Positions 1-11,830 of a DNA stretch of 25,194 nt are shown here, piece by piece. The notes below the pieces were generated by a model. That model worked only from the letters and a program-made list of their open reading frames with translations, was not told the origin of the DNA and searched no databases. Positions within the stretch are counted from its first letter, which is position 1. The number at the start of each line of letters is the position of its first letter. The position numbers were made by a program, and so were the translations under genes. Source of the DNA: Ginkgo biloba (lineage: Eukaryota > Plantae > Ginkgophyta); assembly GCA_024626585.2 (NCBI GenBank), contig JANKJI020000001.1, positions 11,012,438-11,037,631 on the forward strand, read 5' to 3'.

Positions 1-609
1 CATGTAACCATATAGGATATACATATACAAGACTTAAAGGTTATACTATTATAGGTAAGGGAATGGTCTTGGAAACTTGCATAAGCAACAATTGTTGGAT
101 GTGAGGACCACCTATAGGGAATTATATAGCTACCAACACAAACCTCTAGTGCATAAATTCTAACTGTCATCCCCAGACAACCTTCATATTTATGTCCACC
201 CCTTGTGGCTACTAAGCGTGGAAGGTGTAGGACTATTTCACCCCTTTCTTGAGTATTAGATTAATCTCTCAAATAATAATGCGATACCCTTCCTAATAAT
301 TCATACATAAAGCATATTGACCATATAAGAAAGAAGTGTGAGACATACATAGTACACAAACATGTTAGTCAGTTAAGCTATGGGCGCTAGCACAACCCTT
401 AATATTATATTATCTTTGAGGGTTATTAGGAAGTTAGCCTTACCCTCACTATTAGAAGCAATATATTACATAATAATCCCACATAAGGGTTATTGTTGGT
501 CTTATCCCTANNNNNNNNNNCCGGACTAAATCCACCTCAAAGATTTATGATTTGATTTTAGATTCCTACTGGTCCTTCCTTGTAGAAAATAATTATCATA
601 GTTAAATAT

Positions 610-855
610 TGAATATATTTAGTGCATTTAATATTGATATAATACCTATTGCATTTAATATTGATATATAATATCTAATAATTTTTTTACTACATAAAAT
701 TGAATATAACATTTATGAATGGTTTTGTTACATAATATGAAATATAATTATTCGTTATTATATTTTTAATAATTTATTATTTTATAAATGGAAGGGTAAT
801 GGTGGTTAGTAGGACATGGTTTGTTACCTGTAAAAATTTAAATGCATTTAATATT
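610..855. repeat. AT-rich repeat unit homologous to 9655-9850
   Basis: Shared ordered motifs tgcatttaatatt, aaaattgaata, aaatataa and ttatattttt.at..tttattattttataa. Local duplication of tgcatttaatattgatat at 623-640 and 650-667. Confidence 0.6.
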
Positions 856-3538
856 TTTTGATAGGATAGCGAGTGATTATATTATAATTAAATATTTACA
901 AAGAGTTACTAAAGAAAATACAGGTGAAACCAGACTTCCAATAACTTTTTGGATAATATAGGAATTTTTAACTAGCCTATACATTGACAAATACTACTTG
1001 TATGAACCTAATACATTGTGATCCATGGAGAATCCCCATAGGGGGATAATATGGATAGGTTGCCATGTATAACTAAATATAAACCAACACTAAATCCCTA
1101 CAATGGGACAAAATAAACAAAATAGGATTGAACGATGCCATGAGCAAAAATAAGGCCCCAAAGGGGGAACAAAACCAAAAAACCAAAAGATGGAACAACA
1201 TGGGAGAAAACCTGGAACTAGTCATCGATGGGAGTTAGGTTGACCACTAGGAATTTTTCCTCTATAGCTGCAACATTCGCTTGTGACTTGCAATAGATGG
1301 TGATTTTAAATTCTTGGTTGAACCCCCCTTTGGAAATGAGGTGTAATAATTCATGCATAACATGAAGGTTTGTAGTGGTGGTTATTTGGATGGCATTCTT
1401 CAGTTGGGATAACTCCTTCTTGATTTAAACCAAAGAGTTCTCAAGAGCGTACAACCTACATGAAGTCTTATCTAAGATTTGCTTTGTAAGTCGATGGAGA
1501 TTTTGCTTCCTATGATAAGAGGAGGGATGCTCAAGGTTTGTTCAGTCCTCCATTGAACCCCCAAGACTACTATCAAAAGGAACACTTTCCATTAGGAACT
1601 TGAGTGCATATGTTGTAGTTCTAGGAGCTCTTTCAGGATGAAGGATTAAGAGGGAGATATGGGAAAAGAAATAGTCTACAAGCAGAGGGGAATGATGGCA
1701 TGAGTGATGATNNNNNNNNNNNNNNNNNNNNNNNNNNNNNNNNNNNNNNNNNNNNNNNNNNNNNNNNNNNNNNNNNNNNNNNNNNNNNNNNNNNNNNNNN
1801 NNNNNNNNNNNNNNNNNNNNNNNNNNNNNNNNNNNNNNNNNNNNNNNNNNNNNNNNNNNNNNNNNNNNNNNNNNNNNNNNNNNNNNNNNNNNNNNNNNNN
1901 NNNNNNNNNNNNNNNNNNNNNNNNNNNNNNNNNNNNNNNNNNNNNNNNNNNNNNNNNNNNNNNNNNNNNNNNNNNNNNNNNNNNNNNNNNNNNNNNNNNN
2001 NNNNNNNNNNNNNNNNNNNNNNNNNNNNNNNNNNNNNNNNNNNNNNNNNNNNNNNNNNNNNNNNNNNNNNNNNNNNNNNNNNNNNNNNNNNNNNNNNNNN
2101 TTTTTAACTCTTTGTCCCCTTCTAAAGAAAATCTATGATTATTTTCCCCAACTAATTAATAATCTCTTTTAGGGCAGCCAAAACATAACAAGTAAAGATG
2201 GGAATTGAGGAAAAAATAATTTTATAAGATGAACTCTACCTGTGAAGGAAATCCACCTATAACTCCAACCTTCGATATTTTGAGTGAGTTTATTGGTGAT
2301 CCTAGACTAGTCTGCAATTCTAATTTTAAAAGGAGAAATTAGAATTCCCAAGTATTTCAGGGGGAAGGAACCTTTAACAAAACTAAGAAGACTATTAAGT
2401 TTATGATAGGCCCTTGAGGAGCTACTCAATGTGAAGATCTAATACTTACTATTGTTGATCGAGCCATTGATAAATTTCATAAAGGTAATTATCTCCTTGA
2501 GAATCATTCTTACTTCTTTCATGTTTAGACTATTTAGAATCACCAGGTTATCCATGAACTATAGGTGAAAAATGCTTCTAATGCATGGAGTAATGTAAAT
2601 GCCTTTGATGGTACCTTTAGCTTTTAAACAGTTTAAGGCTATCCCTAAGGCTTTAATGAGAAGGATGAAGAGACCTAAAGAGAGGGGATAGCCCTATCTC
2701 AGGCCCCTGAAAGCATTAACGAAATCTACTGGGGAGTTGTTAACTAGGATAAAAAAGGAGACCTTGGTTATACAACCCTTAACCCATTACACTAAGTGAG
2801 GATCAAAACCAAATTGTAGGAGTGCTTTAAACATGAATTCTCATTCAACCTTTTCGAAAGCCTTTTCCATATCTAATTTGATTATTGTAGCAGGTTCCTT
2901 TCTAAGCTTCACTGAATGGGAAACCTCCTATATGAGTATAATATTATCCATAATTAATTTTCCTTGGATGAAGCCTCCCTACTCTTTCAAGATTAAATTA
3001 GGAAGGATGGATTTCTACCTATTAGCCAGGATATTAGAGATGATCTTATAGCAAGTGTTGTAGAGAGAAATCAATATGTACCTATTCAAGGAGTTTTGGT
3101 TTTTCTCCTTTGGGATCAAGGAGATGAAGGTGGAGTTTCATGAACTCAACACTAAAGAATATATCCTAGTGTCCTCCATAGCTAACCAAAGATCAAATTT
3201 AATGAAGTCCCAAGCATCTTGGTAGAAGTCAATTGGAGAGTCATTGGGCCCTAGGGCTTTATTTTTTTTATATTGAACACTACCCTTTTTAACTTCGGCC
3301 AAGAAGATTGGTTTAAGGAGATCATCATTTTAATCCTTAGAGACTAGCTCTAGGATGTTAGAAAGCATATGGTCTTGTTCTCAAACATTACGGTCAATAG
3401 ATTCAAAGAGGAGGTCTGAGAAGAAGTCCTTAGCTAAGGATTGGATATTTTCTTAACCTGAAATAACCTCATTATTGGCACCCTTAAGCTTCAATATATA
3501 GTTGGAATTCCTTCCTTAAGCCATGCTACTCTAAATTT
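854..3538 (-). mobile_element. LINE (L1-clade) remnant A: ORF2 RT region, degenerate C-terminal part, 3' UTR and short poly(A)
   Basis: Minus-strand translation gives KALGPNDSPIDFYQDAWDFIKFDL (~3260-3190), IKLDMEKAFEKVE*EFMFKALLQFGF (~2885-2805), RGLR*GYPLSLGLFIL (~2710-2665), HL*FMDNLV (decayed F/YADD, ~2567-2541) and FPLKYLGI (~2370-2345). A T-rich 3' UTR on the minus strand ends ...ttgtaaatatttaattataataatcactcgctatcctatcAAAAAA at 854-859. Segment 860-1711 is joined to the RT part across an N gap. Confidence 0.85.
2101..3538 (-). pseudogene. Decayed LINE ORF2 reverse transcriptase
   Basis: RT motifs as listed for LINE A, with multiple stops and frameshifts. Confidence 0.9.
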
Positions 3539-3838
3539 NNNNNNNNNNNNNNNNNNNNNNNNNNNNNNNNNNNNNNNNNNNNNNNNNNNNNNNNNNNNNN
3601 NNNNNNNNNNNNNNNNNNNNNNNNNNNNNNNNNNNNNNATATTTTTTTTATTGTAATAATATAACTCTTCACACAGAAAACTACTTCAAAGAACCTGCTT
3701 AACACAACTTTACATATTTTACTAATTTCCTAACACAAACATAAAACTTCATAACTACACAAAAAACTATAAGCTCATTCAAATTTTAAGTCAACATAGA
3801 ATTGCAAACTTTAGCAACCTCATAGATTCACACTTGAA

Positions 3839-3850
3839 GCTCTGATACAA
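3839..3850 (-). promoter_or_regulatory. Primer-binding site (tRNA-iMet type)
   Basis: Plus-strand gctctgatacaa versus canonical gctctgatacca, directly abutting the LTR end. Confidence 0.75.
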
Positions 3851-4341
3851 TGGTAAAAAACAAGTTACACAACATAACTCATACACATGTTTGTACTCCC
3901 AAGATCTTAGATAATACAATAAACCTTCTATATATTCTTCATGTACTCACACATAGCATATACATAAGAAAAACACACATGCATCTACAAAATACTCCTC
4001 GATTATAAATAAAAAAATACAATACTCAATACAAAGAGGAGGGATTAGGGTGCAATGGTGCACGACCATTTTTTTTCCATTTTTTAATTTATTAATGAGT
4101 AAATATAGAGTACAAACATTCATTCTTAAAGTAACATAACTCTTGCATGTAAATGATATAGAATCTAATTTTATAACTAATACACTTCCCATTTGACATC
4201 TTTATATACTCATTCACACATTACATTATTCTAATTTTCCCTTGGTCATGTGACCACTTTAACTATAATTTATAATCACATCATGTGAATATTTTGAATA
4301 AGTTTCTAATGCGACCACTAATAACATTATATTTTATAACA
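3851..4341 (-). mobile_element. 491-bp LTR (Copia-like), bounded by a PPT on one side and a PBS on the other
   Basis: Termini TG...CA with an imperfect terminal inverted repeat (TGGTAAAAAA versus reverse complement TGTTATAAAA, 8/10). On the minus strand it is preceded by PPT AAGGGGGGA (4342-4350) and followed by TTGTATCAGAGC (3839-3850), an 11/12 match to the tRNA-iMet PBS TGGTATCAGAGC. Confidence 0.75.
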
Positions 4342-6170
4342 TCCCCCCTTAATATTAATTAGGGTTATAATGCATTTTTGGCATTACACAAGATCCCCCC
4401 TTAATGACAATAATCTGAGAAAATAACTTAACATGGATCCTTCCTGCCACTTTGGGTATTACAACCAATGAGATACTCATTTACATAATTCAATTTGAAA
4501 AATCACAATCTCATCGGTCTTCACCCCACCCTGTGTCTACCTTGGCCACCTCCATTTGCATCCTATGTATGGCTATAAACTAGGCCATTGCATGATCATC
4601 CTCACAAACTCTCTTCTATAGTAGCATCGCCCATCACGAGCAACTCGTCCTTTACAGAAAACACAACTCTAAATATGAGCCAAGAGCATAACTGAATTTA
4701 CCAACTTTCAGACATGGTCACATAATATTTAACTATCTAGGGTACCTTATAAAATATTATAAAGATTTGTCACATTTGACCTTACCATATCATCTCTAGT
4801 CATACTTATCTCAAAATAATTTAATTTTTCATCAGGGAAAAATATTAGTTTTATTCTTCCTCCAATAGTGCTTGCGTCTTTCTTTTCCCTTCAAAATTTA
4901 CTTCATTCTTACTCTTTGAGCCTTGTGCGACTTTCTATAATGGTTCTCCTCATGAAAGGGCATTTATAATATTGTCTTTAGATTTATCCCTCTATGTTTA
5001 ACCTTCAATAATTCTTTTATATTCTTTTCATTTTAGATTTAACATGATTCATCTTCTTCAATAAGAAATTTTTTTCTTCTTTAAGGATCTTAATTTCCTC
5101 AAGGAGAACTAGGTTAAGGTTCTACAACTTGAAAACCTAATGAGATGCATAGTCCATTTATATGGCTTTAGAGCCTTTACAATCACCTTAATATTTTACG
5201 CAAAAAGGCTTTTCAACAAGGCAACACTTAGCCTTTTACAAATAAACACAAGTCCTCATAAAATCATAGTCACCAATATGACTGTGGGATAGTAACCAAA
5301 GTAAAATAAAACCTTAAAAAAGTGACTTTATGAGTTTTAAAATTGAACCTCTTTCTTACAACTCAAACATATGACCACTACACCATTAATGTTCCCTATG
5401 AATCAAGGAGTATAATAAAATAATTATTTTAAAAAAAATACTTCTTCAAAATGTGTTGGCACCTTTTAATAATTATTTTTATATTCAAACCTAGGATTTG
5501 TTTTGAATAATTAGTTGGGCTACCCTACATGCCTAATTATTCATGCAACCTTGATTTTTTAGCTCCATTTTTAGCTTTGAATCTTCCCATTTTTCCTCAT
5601 AATTTTTTTTTCTCAATTGTGTGTCTCTATCTTCTTCCTATTTCTTCATTAGCCTTAGGAATTCTATTGTGTGGCATTCGTTTAGGGCATTTATTCTACT
5701 CTTGCTTCATGGAATTCTTTCCATTCTTCGATAGCTAGATCTACCCATGGCTTTGTCTATTTGGGACTCAATCTNNNNNNNNNNNNNNNNNNNNNNNNNN
5801 NNNNNNNNNNNNNNNNNNNNNNNNNNNNTTATGGGTTCATCTCTAGCTCTACGACCTTGTTGTCCTTCCTTCAGCAAAGTTGTGACACTTATAATATTTT
5901 CTCTCTTTCAAAAATGCAACTTCATCTACTTTTAATTATAACTTATGACTTTACAAGTACCATTTCTCCTGTATTCCTAGCTATCTTACTATGTTAATTC
6001 CTTTAGGTAACCTCTTATTTGTTCATGGCTAGGGTTTCTTCACTATCTCAAGGTTTTTTATTTATTTTTAGCTACAATCTCCTTTTTTTAATTTCTTACA
6101 ACTGAAAACTCCACAACTGCACATATGAATTCAAAAAGTCACATAAACTCTAATTCTCATAAAGGGTTAT
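4342..6170 (-). mobile_element. Short, heavily decayed Copia-like internal region
   Basis: Ends in a PPT at 4342-4350, with a second PPT-like tract at ~4394-4402. Weak remnants of protease (I-N-G-C-S-G-H-M, like DSGCSxHM, ~5370-5395, needs a frameshift) and of GSKAYK (~5157-5175). Segment 6085-6165 resembles the post-PBS leader at 3722-3825. Confidence 0.5.
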
Positions 6171-6399
6171 CCATAAGACCTCAACCTAACCCACATTTTC
6201 TTCATGTAAGATACTTGTAGCCTAAATAGTAATCATAGGGTATTTTGGTTTTTATGGTAATACCCCTCATTAAGATGGCTTTGATTATTAGGAAGAGGAT
6301 TAGAAATATTAGGTGTATAGGGTTTTGGTTGGGAAAAGTCTCTCGATTGATTTTAGAAACCAAGTTAGTTTGAGAGTCGTGAGTTGGTTGAGCTCTGTA

Positions 6400-7552
6400 A
6401 GTGGATTGACCTAAAACATCCTCCTTATTTCTATCCTTAAGCTTTGATATATAATTAGTATTCCTTCTTGAGGCTGACATCTTATGGAATAAGGCAATGT
6501 TCTTATCTCCTTACTTAATCCATGATACTTTGGATTTTTATTTTAGAATATTTCTTCTTGAAGGAGGACAGAATCTAAGGCAACAATGGTTTTGGATTCT
6601 GTCTCAAAGAACTCCTCTCTTGGGTTGTCCATTATGAGTTGTTAGGTTTCTCCAAACTTTGCTTCTAGCATGGACTTATTGGAGTGCAAGTCCTTGAAGG
6701 TCTTCTTATTCTAGATCTTCAATTCTTGCTTCACCTTTCTTAAGGCCTATATGAATTGAAACATTCGCGACCATTTAACTTGGATAACTTAGATATTCTC
6801 CCTATAATCGGGATGTTTGGTCCACATTCTTTCCTATTTGAAGGGATTTCTTTTTGGTTGAGAGTGGGGCTTGATCTCCAACAAGATAGGCTAGTGATCT
6901 AAGTAGGAGCCATGGAGGTTACGTGCTTCCACCAAAGTATTCATGGAAATAAGAGATCTACTAAAAATAAACCTGTCCAACCTTTCCGCAATGAGACCCC
7001 CACCATACCTTTTATTGTTCCAAGTAAACAAACCTTGCTTGAGGATGGAGTCCACCATCAACTTCTCAATTAGAAAGTCATGCAGTAATTTCTAGTTGTG
7101 GGAATCAAGTTGGGAGACCCCTTTTTTTCATCAACTATGGAGGATGGTGTTGAAATCACCGCTTATTATCCAAGGGAGGAAAATATGAAGGATTTGTTCT
7201 CATCAAGCAAATTCCACTAGAGACTTTTTTGAGCAAGAGAAGTAGGGCCATAAACATTAGTAATGACACCTTTAAAGAAGCTAGATAATTGAATAGAGAT
7301 CCAAGAGTGAACTAGATTTAATTTCCTTGGGTTCCACATGATAACAAGTCCTCCCGATTAACCTTTGGCATAAACATTAAGGATGCAATTACTTCTCCAA
7401 ATTGAAGGGTCCAGATTATAAAAATATTAAGCATACATTTTTATTTATTGAATAAAAACTACTTTCGAATGAAGAGAATTAATTTTGCATCTAAGAGCTC
7501 TTTGTTTAGGTACATAGCCCATACTTCTTAAATTCTATGATAAAATCTTCAT
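6400..7552 (-). pseudogene. Decayed LINE ORF2 apurinic-like endonuclease domain and linker
   Basis: EEP motifs SWN, GDFN, FTWxN, RLDRF and SDH recognisable in order, with stops. Confidence 0.9.
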
Positions 7553-8439
7553 TGGGTAAGGATATAGGGATCGCTTACCTCAAACTCAACTAGGATTGTT
7601 TACCTTCCATGAGTAGCTCCTTGGCAACGTTCTCCAATTTCAGGTGCTTGTTAGGTCTACCTCTTGATTTTTGGCCTACATTCTATTTTTTTTTACATGG
7701 GAGGATCTTCCACGACCTTTTAGAGGGGACAATAGGGGAAATAAAGCACGGAGGTCCTTATCTTTAGCCTTTGATTTAGTTTTTATGTCACTCCCTGAAT
7801 TGACCAGACTAAAGAGGTTATCCTTATTGAAAGTAGCACCTCCAAGGAGTGAATCATGACCAAGCCCCAAGACATGATAAACCTCTATAAAATGGAGGGA
7901 GACAATTGTGAGAACTTGAGGGTGAACCTCGACAGTAGGATAGAGGTCTAGGAAAGAGTTAGGATGTGGCTGAGAAGGGTCTCATAATTGAGCAAGGTCC
8001 TTCCCATAGGAGGCTGTAAAGGAGTCCAAACTTGAAGGATTAGATGGGGTTGAGAACTTTCAATAAGGGAGGGTGTAGGAACCATAGAGGTTTGGGGAGG
8101 TTTGGAGGTGGGGAGAGGAGCCTCCATAGGACCATCGTTAGAGGCCAAACACATGAAACTATTTCTTGGGGAATAAGCTTTAGAGTATGTAGCCAATATT
8201 TTTTACAAATGGCCATAGGCCTGATAATATCTAGATCTAAAAGGGATTCCTTTGTAATAAAGTTATTTCTCTTAGTTTTCTTCCTTTATTAAATATATTA
8301 GCAATGCATCCTTAACTCTAAGGTCCTATTCGACCTCACATACATGAGGAGGTGTAAACATTCCTTGGATTCCTCCTGATTAGAGTATCCATAGTGATAT
8401 CAATAGTTTTTTTCTCCTTGTATTTATCTAGCTTTACTT

Positions 8440-8750
8440 ATTTGAATCACAAGTTCATTTGAGAGTGATCTTTATATTTGTTCCCTAGTGGAGTTAGCAA
8501 TTCTATTGACAAGTTGAAGCGTTATCATGTAGATGGAATAATATAATAATTGAATCCCAAGTAATAATAATTTAATTGCAGCACGCATAAATCCACTTTA
8601 CATTAGGACCAATTTACCTTACTCCATAAAGTGTGAAAGATTATACATAAATGGGGCAGCATTTACAATGAGTATTTATAGAAATGGATATCAAGCATTC
8701 TCTAAGATTTCATGGAGAGTAAAGTAATATGATATGTAAGAGGGGGACAA
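8440..8750 (+). mobile_element. Possible 3' end of a chromovirus-type gypsy element (chromodomain remnant plus PPT) inserted in LINE ORF1
   Basis: Plus-strand YNEYL*KW at ~8664-8688 followed by an ISW-like stretch resembles EYLVKW...SWE. Purine tract aagagggggac lies just before the gap at 8751. Confidence 0.3.
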
Positions 8751-9987
8751 NNNNNNNNNNNNNNNNNNNNNNNNNNNNNNNNNNNNNNNNNNNNNNNNNN
8801 NNNNNNNNNNNNNNNNNNNNNNNNNNNNNNNNNNNNNNNNNNNNNNNNNNTAAAAATTGGCTTCTATAAGTCCAAGTTAACATAAATCCTCGCGTACGAT
8901 GCCATCTTTCTTTTACGAGTAAGTTTTAAGGACTGCATGAAGGTGCCCAATCTATCACTAATTATTTTGGGCTACTTTGGGCTCTAGAGCTTTAGAGGGA
9001 GGAAGGGGAGTGTAATCGACATAGGGACTTTCAAGATAATATCCTCTATTGGATTGAAACCCAACTACCAAAGTTGCATAAAAATGCTTATGCGGTTAAA
9101 TAATTAGGGTCGATTCTCGAACAACCTTTTATTATCTTCTATGCTAGCAAAGATAGCTATAAAGTAGCCTCTAACACAAAGGACCAAATCAAAGGGCTAG
9201 GAGGTTTTTAAAATTTTTGAGGTCCATTCCTGGACTAACTTCTCTAATGGTCAGATGCCTAAGAAGAGATAAACAAGACCATAGTCCTTTAGTAGATTGA
9301 TTTCCTCATTGACATTTTTGAGGGTAAACTCAACCTTGGGATTGTTCAATGATTTTTCAAAATAACCATTGTTCTTCGGGCGTGAACCCTTTTTTGATTT
9401 AAAAGTCTGACTGATAAAGTCAACAAGGACTTGATTAAAGAGATGGACTCTAAGCCCTGAAAGCAAGTCTTTATAGGAAGGAGGAGGGGGGGAGGATGAA
9501 TTGCTCCTCCCAAACACTATTATGAAAGACTTACAAGGGTTGTAGGAAGGACTTGCTAACGACTAGGGTTTTCCCATACAATAACTAATCATAATCTTCA
9601 GACATTCCATGCATTTAGTCTATGTTAGACTAACCTAATGGGTGTAATCTAGTATTCATTAAATGCATTTAATATTAACGTAATATGAGTTAATAATTAT
9701 TTCCCTTAAATTTTAAAATTGAATAAATACTTATTAATGATATGCATGGAATGTGATTATAATTTGTACATTAATGCACATTGTGTCAAATATAAATTTA
9801 TTTAATATTATATTTTTGATATTTTATTATTTTATAATTAGGGGGATTGATTGAACATGGACATTCTAATATATAGTAATAAATATANNNNNNNNNNNNN
9901 NNNNNNNNNNNNNNNNNNNNNNNNNNNNNNNNNNNNNNNNNNNNNNNNNNNNNNNNNNNNNNNNNNNNNNNNNNNNNNNNNNNNNNN

Positions 9988-10208
9988 ATGGCTTAAGGGA
10001 CTCATTCATCAACCACATGAAAGTATCTGGTGCATTACACAAACCAAATGACATTAATATCCATTCAAAAAAACATTGATTGGATTTAAATGTTGTCTTC
10101 TAGGTGTCCTCCTCCTTGATTCTCACTTGATAATAACCAAAATTTATATCTAACTTTGTGAAATGCTTGTCCCCCTATAACTACTCCAACATGTCATCAA
10201 TCCTTGCC
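9988..10208 (-). mobile_element. Ty3/gypsy reverse transcriptase fragment
   Basis: [59 protein letters not shown] matches gypsy RT (SKLDLxSGYHQIR...KTAF...MPFGLxNAPATF). Bounded by gaps on both sides. Confidence 0.92.
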
Positions 10209-10339
10209 NNNNNNNNNNNNNNNNNNNNNNNNNNNNNNNNNNNNNNNNNNNNNNNNNNNNNNNNNNNNNNNNNNNNNNNNNNNNNNNNNNNNNNNNNCAT
10301 GGATATATAAAAATTCTATTGTAGGGTAATTTTCCTTTA

Positions 10340-11724
10340 AAGGCCCTACAAGAAGAGGTGGATGAAAAGGTGTAAGAAATCCATTTAGATACTAATGCTA
10401 GAAGAAAGTCCAACACTTTTTCTACTCAATCTCTTGATAATTTTTTCAAATGGTGACTCTTGTTCTCCCTCCATGGGAGAAATAATGCATGGTTATTGTC
10501 AAGGCCTTTCCTTAACATTATTAAACTCCAAAGCACTATTTTAAGAGGCAAATTAATGTAGGGGCATCTTGGTAACACCCTAGAGTGTGCCCAGTTTGGT
10601 TCGACAAGTATGAAAGGGTCATGCCGATAGAGTGAGTAGTGAATATTGTTTACCAGGCCTTGGGCTACCAAGGGTCAAAGTTTCTAAGTAAGGCAGGTGC
10701 ACCTTGTATCAAAATTGCATTGGACCCAAAGTTCTTATATGGTTAATTTTAATCGGGTTATCAAGTATCAGGGCCTAGGATGTTGGCACCCAAGGCTATG
10801 GAAAAGGACTATAAAACCCCACAGACTTATCATTGTTATAAATTAGAGCTTAATTAGAGATTATGGGTCTGAAGGTGGGTGCATGAGAGATATGCACCTA
10901 AAGCCTAATTGTGTAGACCTAAAATATTATTGCAATATAACTTATGGAGCTGCCTTTTCAAAAGTCAAATATAAATGGCCATTGGGAATTGGGGATCAAG
11001 GGATGCCTTCTTGTGAACCTCCACCTTTGTGGAATCGATCACTTATTAAATATAATTGAAGACCCAAATGATTTTAAATGGTATACATGAGACCATTAGG
11101 CTACCAGGAGATCAAGCCAGAGACACAAGAGCATAAATTTTGAAGTGCATTTAATTAAGAAGGCATGCGCAAGGGAACTACTATAGTAGTGCAGTTAAAA
11201 AGAGAAAAGAGCGATAATTCCTTTGAATTCCTAACAGGAACCAAAGGGGAGAGTATCACAAAACTAGGTGAGGCCTAATCTCACAAGGATCGAACCACGT
11301 GTCATCCCAATATTATACGATCATGCCATGTGTCAGAGATTCATGATATTGCTCCTTGTAATAGTTGAAAGACCTTGAAGTAATTTTCCAAAAAGGCTAT
11401 GATCTCAGAGTCCCATAGATTGTGCCACATGGAAGGATCTCGTAGGCCTGTAAAAATCATAATGTAGCAAAAATAAAGGGGCAACCTAAGGGGTGGCTAG
11501 CTCAAGAGCCATGGGATCATACCACGTGGTAGAATCTCAAAGAGTTCGTAGATTAAAAGGAGAGAAAGGCAAAGGAAGGGTTCAAGGGGAGGAATTAACA
11601 GATTTATGGGATCATGCCACATATCAGTGAGAATTCATGAGATCATAACACATAGTAAGAGTTCATGACATCTCCCCTGCGGTAGTTAAAGACATTGAGG
11701 AGAGTTTGGTGAGTGCCCCATTTC
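10340..11724. repeat. Copy 1 of a diverged ~1.4 kb direct repeat (probably retroelement LTR/UTR-derived)
   Basis: Collinear with 11831-13206 from ccctacaag(a/t)agaggtggat through gagttcatgacatctcccc...gtagttaaagacatt. Many substitutions and small indels. Confidence 0.9.
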
Positions 11725-11830
11725 TCAGNNNNNNNNNNNNNNNNNNNNNNNNNNNNNNNNNNNNNNNNNNNNNNNNNNNNNNNNNNNNNNNNNNNNNNNN
11801 NNNNNNNNNNNNNNNNNNNNNNNNNNNNTC

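Larger units (their letters stand above)
6400..9600 (-). mobile_element. LINE (L1-clade) remnant B: ORF1 (DUF4283-type) plus ORF2 endonuclease, truncated before RT
   Basis: ORF1: RGYFIAIFASIED, MQLW*LGFNPIED..KVPMSITLPFLPL, YARIYVNLDL*KP (9200-8855) and C-terminal KSRGRPNKHLKLE (~7670). ORF2 starts MKILS*NLRSMG at 7552, followed by NVYGPT, WIISGDFNTIL, FTWNNKRYGGGLIAERLDRF, LDH*PILL and WIK*GDKNIALFHK..RRNTNYISKLK. An unrelated insert and an N gap interrupt it at ~8440-8850. Confidence 0.88.

Noticed and set aside
1230-1620. RNase H-like C-terminus of LINE A ORF2
   Set aside because: Position fits, but the motifs need several frameshifts; not called separately.
1700-2138. ORFs consisting mostly of X (also 5747-5997, 9851-10051, 13136-13466, 14282-14651, 18783-19137, 23763-23960)
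   Set aside because: Artefacts of translating through N gaps.
2833-3051. 72-aa plus-strand ORF (likewise 18074-18400 minus)
   Set aside because: Antisense shadows of RT-coding sequence.
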